From an uncultured bacterium (GTDB lineage: Bacteria > Bacillota_I > Bacilli_A > RFN20 > CAG-826): 64,000 nucleotides of DNA. Shown piece after piece: positions 17,801 through 27,940 of the stretch (the first letter of the stretch is position 1; each line of letters begins with the position of its first letter). The notes under the pieces are model-generated. The model worked only from the letters and a program-made list of their open reading frames with translations, ran no database searches and had not been told where the DNA came from. Position numbers and translations under genes: made by a program. The stretch covers positions 93 to 64,092 of the forward strand of contig CASFQR010000001.1 of assembly GCA_949297275.1 (NCBI GenBank), read 5' to 3'.

Positions 17801-20176
17801 TTAATTATTATAATTCTCCACAAATGATTTGATATTAGAAGCGTTTTCATAATAGGCAATATGACCATCTTTATCGGGCACTAATAGGGTTGGGGCTTTT
17901 TGCACACCCAAATTTTTGGTGCGTTCGACTTCTTCTTCAGCGTCGATATAGACATATTTTACTTGTGCCTTATCTAACATCATTTTAGCCATCTTGCAGT
18001 TAGGGCAAGTCTTCGTGCCAAATAATAAGATTTCTTGAATCATTGGAGCACATTCTTGCTTATCTTCTAAAACATTAATTTCTTTACCATTACGACATAA
18101 ATGCGATTTAGCCAAAACATATTCTTTACGATTCTTGAATTCTTCGGTTTTACCAATATTCCAATTTTGGATTGGACGATAATAACCAGTAATACGCGAA
18201 TAGACTTCGGTATTTTGACCACAATGTGGGCATTTATAAACTTCACCAGTAATATAGCCATGATCTTTACAAACGGAATAAGTAGGTGAAATGGTGTAAT
18301 AAGGAATGTGATAATTTTCAGCAATTTTTCTCACTAGATTCATCGTCGATTTCCACGAAGGCATCTTTTGCCCTAAGAAGGTATGGAAGACAGTGCCGGA
18401 GGTATATAAAGTTTGTAAATTATCTTGAATATCAAGAGCTTTGAAAATATCTTCGGTATAACCAACTGGTAAGTGTGAACTATTCGTGTAATAAGGCGCA
18501 TCTAAATTATCAGTCGCGGTAATAATATCGGGATATTTTTTACGATCATGACGGGCTAAGCGATAAGATGTTGATTCGGCTGGTGTTGCTTCTAAGTTAT
18601 ATAAATCGCCATATCTTTCTTGATAATCGGATAATTTATTACGCATGAAATTTAAAACATCAATAGTAAATTTTTGTGATTTTTCATGCGTTAAATCTTC
18701 ACGAATCCAGCGAGCGTTTAAACAAGCTTCGTTCATCCCTACAAGTCCAATAGTTGAGAAGTGATTATTGAAGGTACCTAAATATCTCTTGGTGTAAGGA
18801 TATAACCCAGCGTCTAATAAAGAAGTAATTACATTGCGCTTAATCTTTAATGATCTAGCCGCAATATCCATCATTCTTTCTAAACGGCGATAGAAATCTT
18901 TTTCATCGAGTGATAAATAAGCGATGCGGGGCATATTGATTGTGACAACGCCAACCGAACCAGTGGATTCACCACTCCCAAAATAACCACCAGATTTTTT
19001 ACGAAGTTCGCGCAAATCTAAACGAAGACGGCAGCACATAGAACGCACATCGCTAGGTTCCATATCGCTATTAATATAATTGGAGAAATAAGGGGTACCA
19101 TATTTAGCCGTCATCTCAAATAATAATTTATTATTTTCCGTTTCCGACCAATCAAAATTTTTGGTGATGGAATAGGTAGGAATTGGATATTGGAAGCCAC
19201 GACCATTCGCATCCCCTTCAATCATAATTTCAATGAAGGCTTTATTGACCATGCGCATTTCTTCCACGCAGTCTTTATATTTAAATGGCATTTCTTTGCC
19301 ACCTACAATCGCATTTAATTCCGCCATATCATTTGGCACTGTCCAGTCTAAAGTAATATTAGTAAAGGGTGCTTGCGTTCCCCATCTACTAGGAGTGTTA
19401 ACGCCATAGACAAATGATTGGATGCATTGTTTAACTTCTTTATAAGATAAGTTATCGGCTTTAACAAAAGGGGCTAAATAGGTATCAAAGGAACTAAAGG
19501 CCTGCGCGCCCGCCCATTCATTTTGCATAATCCCTAAGAAATTAGTCATTTGATTGCATAAAGTTGATAAATGACTAGCAGGAGAAGAAGTAATTTTACC
19601 TGGAACACCACCTAAACCTTCTTGGATGAGTTGTTTAAGTGACCAGCCAGCACAATAACCAGTTAACATTGATAAATCATGGATATGAATATCGGCATCG
19701 CGATGCGCTTTTTCAATTTCGGGATCATAAACTTCGCTTAACCAATAATTAGCGGTCACTGCCCCACTATTTGATAAAATTAATCCGCCAACTGAATAAG
19801 TGACAGTAGAATTTTCTTTAACTCGCCAGTCATTAATTTTTAAATAATTATCAACGGTTTGTTTATAATCAAGTTCAGTTGAACGAATTTGGCGAAGTGA
19901 TTCATGTTGTTTACGATAAAGAATATATGATTTAGCAATCTTAATATAACCAGCTTGAATTAAAGCGACTTCCACAGCGTCTTGAATATCTTCAACGTTG
20001 ATAATTCCATCATGGATTTTATCAGAAAAATTACTGGTGGTTTGAAGCGCTAATAAGCTTAAAATGTCGTGGGTATAATCAGTGTGCTCAGCCATGAAGG
20101 CTTTACCGATCGCATTTTCAATTTTAGTAATATCAAAGGCAACAATTTTACCGTCTCTTTTTTTAACTTGAAACAT
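17801..20176 (-). CDS. nrdD: Class III (anaerobic) ribonucleotide reductase NrdD with N-terminal ATP-cone and C-terminal glutaredoxin/NrdH-like domain
   Basis: ATP-cone begins 'VKKRDGKIVAFDITKIENAI'. A Zn-ribbon 'CKDHGY...CPHCG' and a glycyl-radical motif 'YSRITGYYRP' are present. About 77 extra C-terminal residues, 'LFGTKTCPNCKMAKMMLD...APTLLV', carry a CPxC redoxin fold signature. Confidence 0.9.
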   Translation of the reverse strand: MFQVKKRDGKIVAFDITKIENAIGKAFMAEHTDYTHDILSLLALQTTSNFSDKIHDGIINVEDIQDAVEVALIQAGYIKIAKSYILYRKQHESLRQIRSTELDYKQTVDNYLKINDWRVKENSTVTYSVGGLILSNSGAVTANYWLSEVYDPEIEKAHRDADIHIHDLSMLTGYCAGWSLKQLIQEGLGGVPGKITSSPASHLSTLCNQMTNFLGIMQNEWAGAQAFSSFDTYLAPFVKADNLSYKEVKQCIQSFVYGVNTPSRWGTQAPFTNITLDWTVPNDMAELNAIVGGKEMPFKYKDCVEEMRMVNKAFIEIMIEGDANGRGFQYPIPTYSITKNFDWSETENNKLLFEMTAKYGTPYFSNYINSDMEPSDVRSMCCRLRLDLRELRKKSGGYFGSGESTGSVGVVTINMPRIAYLSLDEKDFYRRLERMMDIAARSLKIKRNVITSLLDAGLYPYTKRYLGTFNNHFSTIGLVGMNEACLNARWIREDLTHEKSQKFTIDVLNFMRNKLSDYQERYGDLYNLEATPAESTSYRLARHDRKKYPDIITATDNLDAPYYTNSSHLPVGYTEDIFKALDIQDNLQTLYTSGTVFHTFLGQKMPSWKSTMNLVRKIAENYHIPYYTISPTYSVCKDHGYITGEVYKCPHCGQNTEVYSRITGYYRPIQNWNIGKTEEFKNRKEYVLAKSHLCRNGKEINVLEDKQECAPMIQEILLFGTKTCPNCKMAKMMLDKAQVKYVYIDAEEEVERTKNLGVQKAPTLLVPDKDGHIAYYENASNIKSFVENYNN

Positions 20177-20291
20177 AATTTACTCCTCCAAATTATTAAT
20201 CTAATAAGGTGTTAGAAAAAACAACAATATTAGCAACGAAGTTGGTTATTCCCAACAACTACATGAGTTTCTTTCTAAACTCAGTAAACAT

Positions 20292-20320
20292 ATTGTAATG
20301 ACAATATTTAGTCGTTGCAA
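20292..20320 (-). promoter_or_regulatory. Candidate sigma-A promoter of nrdD
   Basis: On the minus strand: TTGCAA (20320-20315), 17-nt spacer, TACAAT (20297-20292). An inverted repeat ATATTGT/ACAATAT (20290-20307) overlaps the -10 box and spacer. Confidence 0.4.
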
Positions 20321-20484
20321 GATAAACGCATAGAAAAGTTATACAGTGTATATATTGTTGCTAAAAAGTTCGATAAAGTCTATCGTTTTAAGGTTTTTAA
20401 AAATGAATTATCAATGTAAAAATAGAAAAAGTGCGATAAAATCTTGCTTTCTGATTTTCAGTAAAAAAATAGGGATTTTTTCTC

Positions 20485-21303
20485 TTGCTTTTTAAATCGA
20501 AATTAGCAAAAATAATCCTCATGAAAATGATTAAAACTATTATTGATGAATTTACAAAATTAGATGGTGTGGTCGCTATTACTTTAGGTGGTTCTAAATC
20601 AACTAGTAACGATGATAAATTATCGGATTATGATGTCTATATTTATTATGATAAAAAACCGATTGATGTCGCACTTAGGAAAAAGATTTTAACTAATAGA
20701 TGTTCTTATCTTGAACTTGATAATCAATATTGGGAAAACGAAGATAATGGAATTACTATCGATGATGAATATTTTGATTTGCTTTATCGCAATATCAATC
20801 AAATCGATAATGACTTAACAAACACATTAATTAAGGGAAAAGCTCATAATGGTTTTACCACCGCAATCGTCTTTAACATTTTAAATTCCCAAATCTTATA
20901 TGATAAAGACCATCGTTATCAGACATTAAAAGATAAGTATTCTTTCCCCTATCCACAGAAATTAAAAGAAAATATTATTCGACAAAACCGTCAGCTATTA
21001 AGTGGTAAGATTGTTTCTTATGATCAACAAATTGCTAAAGCATTTAAACGCTGTGACCAAGTCAATGTAATTAACCGCGTGAATGAATTCTTAAATAGTT
21101 ATTTTGATATTATCTTTGCCTATAATGAAATTTATCATCCTGGCGAAAAAAGATTAATTAAATACTTAAAAGCAAAAGCAAAAGAGTTGCCACAAGATTT
21201 TGAAGAAAACATCACTTCATTATTAGACAATTTAAACCAAGATAAAATACTTGATATTCTTAAACAAATTGTTGTTAATTTAGATAAATTATTAAATTCT
21301 TAA
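20485..21303 (+). CDS. Nucleotidyltransferase-fold (pol-beta superfamily) protein
   Basis: 'LGGSKSTSNDDKLSDYDVYIYY' fits the G[GS]-x(9-13)-DxD minimal NTase motif. The track start is TTG; ATG at 20521 is a likelier start. Confidence 0.5.
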   Translation: MLFKSKLAKIILMKMIKTIIDEFTKLDGVVAITLGGSKSTSNDDKLSDYDVYIYYDKKPIDVALRKKILTNRCSYLELDNQYWENEDNGITIDDEYFDLLYRNINQIDNDLTNTLIKGKAHNGFTTAIVFNILNSQILYDKDHRYQTLKDKYSFPYPQKLKENIIRQNRQLLSGKIVSYDQQIAKAFKRCDQVNVINRVNEFLNSYFDIIFAYNEIYHPGEKRLIKYLKAKAKELPQDFEENITSLLDNLNQDKILDILKQIVVNLDKLLNS

Positions 21304-21360
21304 GATTAAAAAAGTTGTGTTTTAAAAATAAAAGACCGCAAAAGAGGGATATTTTAATAA

Positions 21361-22710
21361 TTAATTAGCTCGCAGTAATTGAAGAAAATTTTCGCTTAAT
21401 AATAAATCTTTTAATAAAAAAGTTAAGGCGATGGGTAGCGTTAATATTTTATCTTGATAACCAATATTTTGTTTAGATAATTTAATTCCTAACGGTAAAT
21501 TATTAAACTTATTTAAAGCGTTTTTTAACGAGATAGTTCTTCCCTTTTTACTTTTAACTTCAATGGGCAAAATATAATTTTTAAATTCGATGACAAAATC
21601 TAATTCAATCGTCGCATCATCCGAACGATAAAAATAAACATTTTGAATACCTTGTTTAACTAGGTCAGCGTAAACAATATTTTCATATAACGCGCCTTGA
21701 TAAATTGCAAACTCTTCATTAAGGTTAATCTTCGCGTTTTCATATTGATTTAAAAAGCTTATAAAGAGTCCACTATCTAAATAATAACAACGAAAATTTG
21801 TCGCTTCTAGATATAAACCTAATGGGGCTTTAAGTTCTTTTAGATTGTGATTAACTAAAATAATTCCTGCGTCTTTTAACCAATCAAAGCAACCAAAATA
21901 TTGGTTATACCGCGCGCCATGTGGCATTTTTGTAAATTGGAATTTATGATTCTCCTTGCCTAATTGCAAATAAATATTGCGATAGATATTTTCAATTTTT
22001 GCTTTTTCTAATCCAATCGCATATTGCTTAATATCATCTAAATAATCTTTATTTAGTTGTCTTTGTAGTTCATAACTTTTGGTATAAGTTTTCGTTGTTA
22101 AAAAACTATCGATAATTTTAGGCATTCCACCTAGAATTAAATATTCTTCATATCGCTCATTAAGCACCTTGAGTAAAAGATCATCTAGGGGCACTAAATT
22201 AAGAAGATGTTCTCTTAAAACAGCAATTAAATCTTTTGGATAACCATAGGCCCATAAATATTCTTCAAAATCTAAAGGATACATTGTAATTTCTTGACGA
22301 TACCCCACTGATATCGAGGAAATATGATGATAATTAATTCCTAAATTAGAGCCACTAGAGATTACATCAAAGCGCCGATCAAGAGCAAAAAATTTTAAAG
22401 CGGTTGTTACATCTATAAAAGCTTGAATTTCATCGAAAAAGATCAAAGTCTTGTGAGGCACAAAATGAAAGGAAGGATTTAATAAAGATAATTTTAAAAT
22501 AATGGCATCTATATCATAAAGCGCGAAAGCTTCGCAATATTCTGGATTACTAATAAAATTAATTGGAATAACATTTTCATAATGACGATTAGCAAAATCC
22601 ATAATTGAGGTAGTTTTACCTACTTGACGCGCGCCATAAATGATTAAAGGTAAACGATTAGGATCGTCTTTCCAATCTTCTAAAATTTTAGTGATTTTTC
22701 TTTCTAACAT
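21361..22710 (-). CDS. AAA_14 / DUF4143-family ATPase
   Basis: Walker A 'GARQVGKTT' and Walker B-like 'LIFFDEIQ'. The C-terminal region ('LPIEVKS') fits the DUF4143 architecture. It is a paralogue of 62261-63643. Confidence 0.75.
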   Translation of the reverse strand: MLERKITKILEDWKDDPNRLPLIIYGARQVGKTTSIMDFANRHYENVIPINFISNPEYCEAFALYDIDAIILKLSLLNPSFHFVPHKTLIFFDEIQAFIDVTTALKFFALDRRFDVISSGSNLGINYHHISSISVGYRQEITMYPLDFEEYLWAYGYPKDLIAVLREHLLNLVPLDDLLLKVLNERYEEYLILGGMPKIIDSFLTTKTYTKSYELQRQLNKDYLDDIKQYAIGLEKAKIENIYRNIYLQLGKENHKFQFTKMPHGARYNQYFGCFDWLKDAGIILVNHNLKELKAPLGLYLEATNFRCYYLDSGLFISFLNQYENAKINLNEEFAIYQGALYENIVYADLVKQGIQNVYFYRSDDATIELDFVIEFKNYILPIEVKSKKGRTISLKNALNKFNNLPLGIKLSKQNIGYQDKILTLPIALTFLLKDLLLSENFLQLLRAN

Positions 22711-22750
22711 TGATGTTTAATGCTTTATTATCCCTTTCATTATCACCATT

Positions 22751-22868
22751 TTGACAATTTTTAGTGATGATTTCAAGATAATTTTACAATTTTTAGTGGT
22801 ATTTTTGTGTTAGTTTGACAATTTTTAGTGGTATTTTTATGCTAGTTTGACAATTTTTAGTGATTTCT
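22751..22868. repeat. 4 x 32-bp tandem direct repeat with embedded TTGACA hexamers
   Basis: The core TTGACAATTTTTAGTG(A/G)T starts at 22751, 22783 (TTTACA variant), 22815 and 22847, an exact 32-bp period. Confidence 0.85.
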
Positions 22869-22909
22869 AAAGCCCTTTAATTTGAATTTAAAATTATTTT
22901 TGATAGATT

Positions 22910-22933
22910 AAAAGCCGCTCGAAAGCGGCTTTT
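22910..22933. terminator. Bidirectional rho-independent terminator
   Basis: AAAAGCCGCT-cgaa-AGCGGCTTTT is a 10-bp stem flanked by an A-run and a T-run. It lies 24 nt past the stop of the minus-strand galactanase gene. Confidence 0.75.
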
Positions 22934-22956
22934 AATAGAATAAACAAATTAATAAT

Positions 22957-24621
22957 TTATTTTAATTCATTAAGGAAATATAAAGATGGTAAGGCTTTGC
23001 CGTTATAAGAGAATAAGGCTTGATTCGCCCAGGTCGATTTAGTTAAAGAATCAGCCCAGCCTGAACCATTCACCGGAATAAAATCTCCACCCCAGTAAAA
23101 CATTCCATAACCATTTGAAGCGTTATTCATAACATCTAAATAATCTCTCAATAATAAAGCTTGACCACTAGGAGAAACCTCATAACCACTCATTGGTTTT
23201 TCTCCTTCATCATCATAATCAGAAAATAGATTAGTCGCGTTAGAATTGCCTTCTAAAGTAAAGCCATAACTAACTTCGCAAATCATTACTTTCTTGGAAG
23301 GATATTTCCCATTTAAATATGTTAATAAATTACTTAAAGCACTCGGTCGACCTTGATTCCAAATATAACAAGAGACACCAATGATATCGTAATCAACATT
23401 GACTAAAGCATCATAGACATCATCATAAATATTTGTTCCAGTAAACCCGCGAGCAATATGAACGATAGTTTGAGCTTCTGGATAAATCTCTTTAGCCGCA
23501 TCATTACCAGCTTTAACATATTTAGCGAATTGGCCACCATAAAGCGAACCACTAACATTTAAATCGCGATAAGTTGATTTACTCGTTACATAACCCGGAT
23601 TATCACCAGTTAAATGATCCACATCATCACCAGGATAATCATGTAATAAACCGGTCGTAACTTCGTTACCAATTTGGATAAACTTAACATCGATGCCATT
23701 ATCTTTATATAATTGTAGACTTGCTTTTGTATATTCTTCAATTAGGCTAACCATTTCGTCGCTACTAGCGACATCTTTCCAAGCCTTCGGAATAATTTGT
23801 TGACCTGGATGAGCGTAATAATCACTATAATGGAAATCAATCATCACATCTAAACCAAAATGATACGCCCATTTAGCGAGCCATAAATTAGTGGCTGCAT
23901 CGTTCGTGCCACCACCATAACTAACAGGTTCAACCCCAATCTCATGATTATATGGATCGACGAATTGTTTAATTCTTACCGCCGTATAACCAGCGTCTTT
24001 TAAAATCTTAAAGATTGGTTCTTCAACCCCATCTTGGTTAAAATAATGACCACCATTATCATAAATTTGTTTAACATAGCTAACATCAACCCCAATCGGC
24101 ATTTCGCTATCTAAAGTATTAGTTAGAGGAGTTAGGCCACTTAAAGGTTCAAACCAATTTTGCTTATCTTGACTCGCTTTATCTAAGTAATTGGCTTCAG
24201 TCGAACGCACACGCAAGATGGCTGTTTCACCACTAAGGCCACTAAGAGTGATTCTTTCATCAGTATCAGCGGCTAAACAAGTGACAGTTAGACTATAATT
24301 CTCATCATTATTTTGTTCAACTAAAACCTTGGAGGTATCATATTCACCAATCGTTAAAGCGGCAGGGACCGCCCCATCTAGAAAAGATGGGGTAATCACT
24401 ACACTTTCTAAAATATCTAACCGTGGAGCGGCATTTGATAAATTAATCGTTCCCGGATTAGTAATTGATGAAGAATCGCTTGAACCATCTTCTTGACTAG
24501 TTGAGGAAATAGATTCGCTACTTTCGTTACTAGAAGTTGAACTACTATTCGTGTCAACACACGCGACTAGCCCAAAGACAGTTAATAATGTTAACAAATT
24601 AATTACGCGATATTTTTTCAT
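22957..24621 (-). CDS. Secreted lipoprotein arabinogalactan endo-beta-1,4-galactanase (GH53) with N-terminal Ser-rich linker/Ig-like region
   Basis: Lipobox 'GLVAC'. GH53 blocks: 'GVDVSYVKQIYDNGGHYF', 'DFHYSDYYAHPGQQIIPKAW', acid/base 'IQIGNEV', nucleophile region 'VMICEVSYG'. Confidence 0.85.
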   Translation of the reverse strand: MKKYRVINLLTLLTVFGLVACVDTNSSSTSSNESSESISSTSQEDGSSDSSSITNPGTINLSNAAPRLDILESVVITPSFLDGAVPAALTIGEYDTSKVLVEQNNDENYSLTVTCLAADTDERITLSGLSGETAILRVRSTEANYLDKASQDKQNWFEPLSGLTPLTNTLDSEMPIGVDVSYVKQIYDNGGHYFNQDGVEEPIFKILKDAGYTAVRIKQFVDPYNHEIGVEPVSYGGGTNDAATNLWLAKWAYHFGLDVMIDFHYSDYYAHPGQQIIPKAWKDVASSDEMVSLIEEYTKASLQLYKDNGIDVKFIQIGNEVTTGLLHDYPGDDVDHLTGDNPGYVTSKSTYRDLNVSGSLYGGQFAKYVKAGNDAAKEIYPEAQTIVHIARGFTGTNIYDDVYDALVNVDYDIIGVSCYIWNQGRPSALSNLLTYLNGKYPSKKVMICEVSYGFTLEGNSNATNLFSDYDDEGEKPMSGYEVSPSGQALLLRDYLDVMNNASNGYGMFYWGGDFIPVNGSGWADSLTKSTWANQALFSYNGKALPSLYFLNELK

Positions 24622-24624
24622 TTT

Positions 24625-26994
24625 CTATTTTAAAGTAATGTCGTCTAAAGTTGCCCACGCACCCGCAGCAATATTAGTGAAAACAAATTGGAAGGTATAT
24701 GCTTCACCAGCCATTAAATTAACCGTCGTGTTTTGATAGCGATCAGCAGCAGTTTCTGTCCATGCTGACATAGTGTTTATTGAACCAACGACAGTTCCAT
24801 CACTATCAATAATTTGACCAGTAACTGTAAAGCCTGAACCCATCGCACTATAACTTAAAGTGAATTCCTTGGTTTGACTAACCGTAAAGGTATTAGTTTG
24901 TTTTAAAACATGTTGACCACTGATAGCGCCTGCATAATAAAGATTAAATGAATGACTACCTTCAGAAGGATCGCTGTTCCATTGCAAAACTGGGTATTCT
25001 CCTTCTGGGCACACAAATGTCCAATAATCACCAACTAGAGCTTGATTTTCACCACTTTGTTCAAAAGAAGCGTCTTTAATTAAATTATCGTCTTGCACTG
25101 GTACATAAGGTTCTTCAACAATAATTTGATGAGTGAAGGTTGAGTTTTGATAGGTGGCAGTAACGATGACGTCATCGCTAACATTAACACCAGTAACTGT
25201 TAAGGATTTACCATCTTCACTAGGAGTGATAGCAACATTATCGTTATTAACTGACCATTCTGTTTCTTCATAATTACTATCTAAAATAATTTGAGCATTT
25301 TGTTCGACATGGTGTAAACCATCGATTGTGACTTGCACAAATTCGCTTTGTGGATATAAACCAATTGAATCAATCGCCGCGTAAGGATATTGCTCAGCGG
25401 TCGCACTACTTTGAGCATAGAAGCCTACACGATAAGTACCAGCAACTAATTCAACATTTTCACTTTGTAATTCTGGCGAGGTTTTTAATTTGTCTTTGCC
25501 AATAACTAAGACATTATCACCATCAGCGTTAGTGATTCGCCATTCAAGAGTGCTAAATAAGCCACCATCCCAACCAGGATCACCACTGCCACAAGTCATG
25601 GAATATTCAAAGGTATAAGCGCCTGCATGGGTAATTTCGACATCTTGATAATAACTAACTAAATCAGATGGACCTTGATGATTGAAATATAAGGCACGAC
25701 CAGAGATTGCACCCCAATCCGATTCATAACTTAAAATGCCATCTGCATTATTGGCTGTCCAAGTTAATGAATCACCATAACCAGTATCATCATCATAATA
25801 TTCAAAGCCACCATCGCGAACATAATTGGTTCTAGCAACTTCTACTGGAGTAATGTCGCCTTCATCAATTCGTAATTGGCCTAAGTGACCCCAAGGAGTT
25901 TCACCAGTTCCTAAACCAGTTTCGGGGAATGGTAAAGTATAAGCAATTAGTAATTCAAAATTAACACCGTTAGAAACATCATCACCAGTAACAAAGGTGT
26001 GATAGTGTTTGGTTGAATAGTTAATATATTCATCATCAGTGTTAAGTTTTTCACCATCAATTTTAAAGTCGATTGTGTTATAAATACCAATATCTAAATT
26101 ATAAGAAAGCGTATAAGTAGTATTAGCCTTAACGCCATTAGATAAATTAGCTTTTAATGATAAAGATGGTAATTCATCTTCACTGGTGATATTATCAGAC
26201 ACCCATAAATTAATATAGGCACCATCTCTTTCACCACCGCGGCCAATCGCCATTTCTGAAAAACGATTAGAACCGGTAGTATCAAAGAAAGCCGTCACAC
26301 CATCCGCGCTTTCAAAGGCCCCCGCGTTATTAAAGAGATCAATGTCGGTCGTGTCCCTAGTAATAATAACATTGATGGTTAAAGAATTTTCATCAGTAGC
26401 TTCACCATCATTTGCCGGATAAACTTTGACATTAGAAACTCTTCCTGCACCTAATGGTACAATCTTTTCGCCATCAAATTCAAAGATATCATTTTCTTCA
26501 TATTCCATATCTAAGGAATAAGGAGTAACGCCTTCATTAAATTCGACAAAGTCGCTTAATGGACGACCTTCGGGATAAGCGTCCATGCTAAAGGAAATCG
26601 TATTGCCGCGAATCGCAAAATCAAATGCCGCTTCAACACTAGCAAAGACAATATTAATAACATTTTCGCCTTCGGTCACAACATGTTCCCAAGTTGTTTT
26701 AGAATCAACTACCCCATTGACGCTTTCAACTACATAACCACTATTAGGAGTAATGGTAATGGTTAAAGTTTCACCAACTACTAGTTCGGTTGTAGTCGTA
26801 ACATTTGATCCATCTTCACGAGTAATGACAACGCTGCCTTCGTCGGTATTAAAATTTAACACTAAGGTCGCGCTTGCGGTGTGTTCACTACTACTAGGAG
26901 TAGTGTCCACCGATGAACCTTCACCTTGTGGGCAACTTGTTAACATCAAGGTAAAAGCCAAAAGTGGTAAAAAGGTTAATGCACTTTTTTTCAT
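24625..26994 (-). CDS. Large surface lipoprotein with repeated CBM-like beta-sandwich modules (glycan binding?)
   Basis: Lipobox 'LMLTSC'. It contains 'VRDGGFEYYDD' and 'NLIKDASFEQ' module starts that resemble CBM4/9/22-type openings. No catalytic motif was seen. Confidence 0.45.
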   Translation of the reverse strand: MKKSALTFLPLLAFTLMLTSCPQGEGSSVDTTPSSSEHTASATLVLNFNTDEGSVVITREDGSNVTTTTELVVGETLTITITPNSGYVVESVNGVVDSKTTWEHVVTEGENVINIVFASVEAAFDFAIRGNTISFSMDAYPEGRPLSDFVEFNEGVTPYSLDMEYEENDIFEFDGEKIVPLGAGRVSNVKVYPANDGEATDENSLTINVIITRDTTDIDLFNNAGAFESADGVTAFFDTTGSNRFSEMAIGRGGERDGAYINLWVSDNITSEDELPSLSLKANLSNGVKANTTYTLSYNLDIGIYNTIDFKIDGEKLNTDDEYINYSTKHYHTFVTGDDVSNGVNFELLIAYTLPFPETGLGTGETPWGHLGQLRIDEGDITPVEVARTNYVRDGGFEYYDDDTGYGDSLTWTANNADGILSYESDWGAISGRALYFNHQGPSDLVSYYQDVEITHAGAYTFEYSMTCGSGDPGWDGGLFSTLEWRITNADGDNVLVIGKDKLKTSPELQSENVELVAGTYRVGFYAQSSATAEQYPYAAIDSIGLYPQSEFVQVTIDGLHHVEQNAQIILDSNYEETEWSVNNDNVAITPSEDGKSLTVTGVNVSDDVIVTATYQNSTFTHQIIVEEPYVPVQDDNLIKDASFEQSGENQALVGDYWTFVCPEGEYPVLQWNSDPSEGSHSFNLYYAGAISGQHVLKQTNTFTVSQTKEFTLSYSAMGSGFTVTGQIIDSDGTVVGSINTMSAWTETAADRYQNTTVNLMAGEAYTFQFVFTNIAAGAWATLDDITLK

Positions 26995-27016
26995 TTCTTT
27001 TTTTCCTTTCTAATTT

Positions 27017-27940
27017 TTATCCTTTAACTGCCCCAGCTGAGATACCAGCAACCATGAATTTTTGTAAGGCAATATAAAGAATGACTACTGGCACAGCCTC
27101 AATTAAGCATCCAGCAACGAAGATGGTGAAATATTCATTGACCGTTGCAGGATTAGATAACATCTGATATAAACCAAAAGCAATCGTGTAATTTTCTACC
27201 GGCACATTCCCGCGGAGAATAACGCTAGAAAGTACGAAGTCGCTCCAAGGTGTCATAAAAGCAGTTAAGGCTGTATAAATAATAATGGGTTTAGCCATTG
27301 GTAAGAAGATTTTAAAGAAGACGGTAAACATATTCGCCCCTTCTACCAAGGCAGCTTCTTCAATCGCGTTAGGAATGGTGTCAAAATAACCTTTACTAAC
27401 AAAGAAGCCCATCCCCGCTCCACAAACCCAGATGAGGAGCAAGGCATAAATTTCGCCTGTTAAATAATAGCCTACCATCGCTGAAAGCATATCTAAGATG
27501 ATATAGACCGCGGTCATAGACATAAACCCTGGGAACATTCCTAAAATTAATGAAATATTCATTAATGGTTTGCGGCTTTTAAAGCGGAAACGCGATAAGG
27601 CAAAGGCAGTCACAAGCGTAAATGTCGTCGTTAAGATGCAGTTAAGCACTGCTAAAAACAAAGTATTTAATAACCAACGACCATAAGGTCGATCTGGATC
27701 GGTAAATAATGCTTTATAATTGTCTAAAGTCCATTCTTGGGGAATGATGTGGGAAACTTCAAGACCGGTATTTGCATCAAAACTACGGAAAATGATGTAA
27801 ATAATTGGTAGAACCCAAATGATTGCTAAAACGGCTATTGCCACATTAGCCCATATTGTTCCGAAGAATCTTCTTCTTTTCATCGAGGCGAATTTTTTAA
27901 CTTTTTTGTCGTCAATATCGTAAACAATATCGTTTTCCAT
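27017..27940 (-). CDS. Sugar ABC transporter permease (MalG/GanQ-like)
   Basis: Six-TM BPD permease with EAA loop 'IEEAALVEGANMFTVFFKIFLP'. Confidence 0.85.
   Translation of the reverse strand: MENDIVYDIDDKKVKKFASMKRRRFFGTIWANVAIAVLAIIWVLPIIYIIFRSFDANTGLEVSHIIPQEWTLDNYKALFTDPDRPYGRWLLNTLFLAVLNCILTTTFTLVTAFALSRFRFKSRKPLMNISLILGMFPGFMSMTAVYIILDMLSAMVGYYLTGEIYALLLIWVCGAGMGFFVSKGYFDTIPNAIEEAALVEGANMFTVFFKIFLPMAKPIIIYTALTAFMTPWSDFVLSSVILRGNVPVENYTIAFGLYQMLSNPATVNEYFTIFVAGCLIEAVPVVILYIALQKFMVAGISAGAVKG

Noticed and set aside
20219-20360. NrdR boxes upstream of nrdD
   Set aside because: The best candidate, ACAGTGTATATATTGT (20343-20358), matches the remembered consensus acaCwAtATaTwGtgt at only about 13 of 16 positions. 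The ATATTGT/ACAATAT inverted repeat over the promoter has the half-sites in the wrong arrangement, and I found no properly spaced second box. In DNA this AT-rich I cannot separate these from background. A position-weight-matrix scan would be needed.
22680-22696. A fifth copy of the 32-bp tandem repeat inside the 5' end of the DUF4143 ATPase ORF (TAAAATTTTAGTGAT)
   Set aside because: It shares only the TTTTAGTGAT part and is out of phase: 73 bp from copy 1, rather than a multiple of 32. This is probably a chance similarity.
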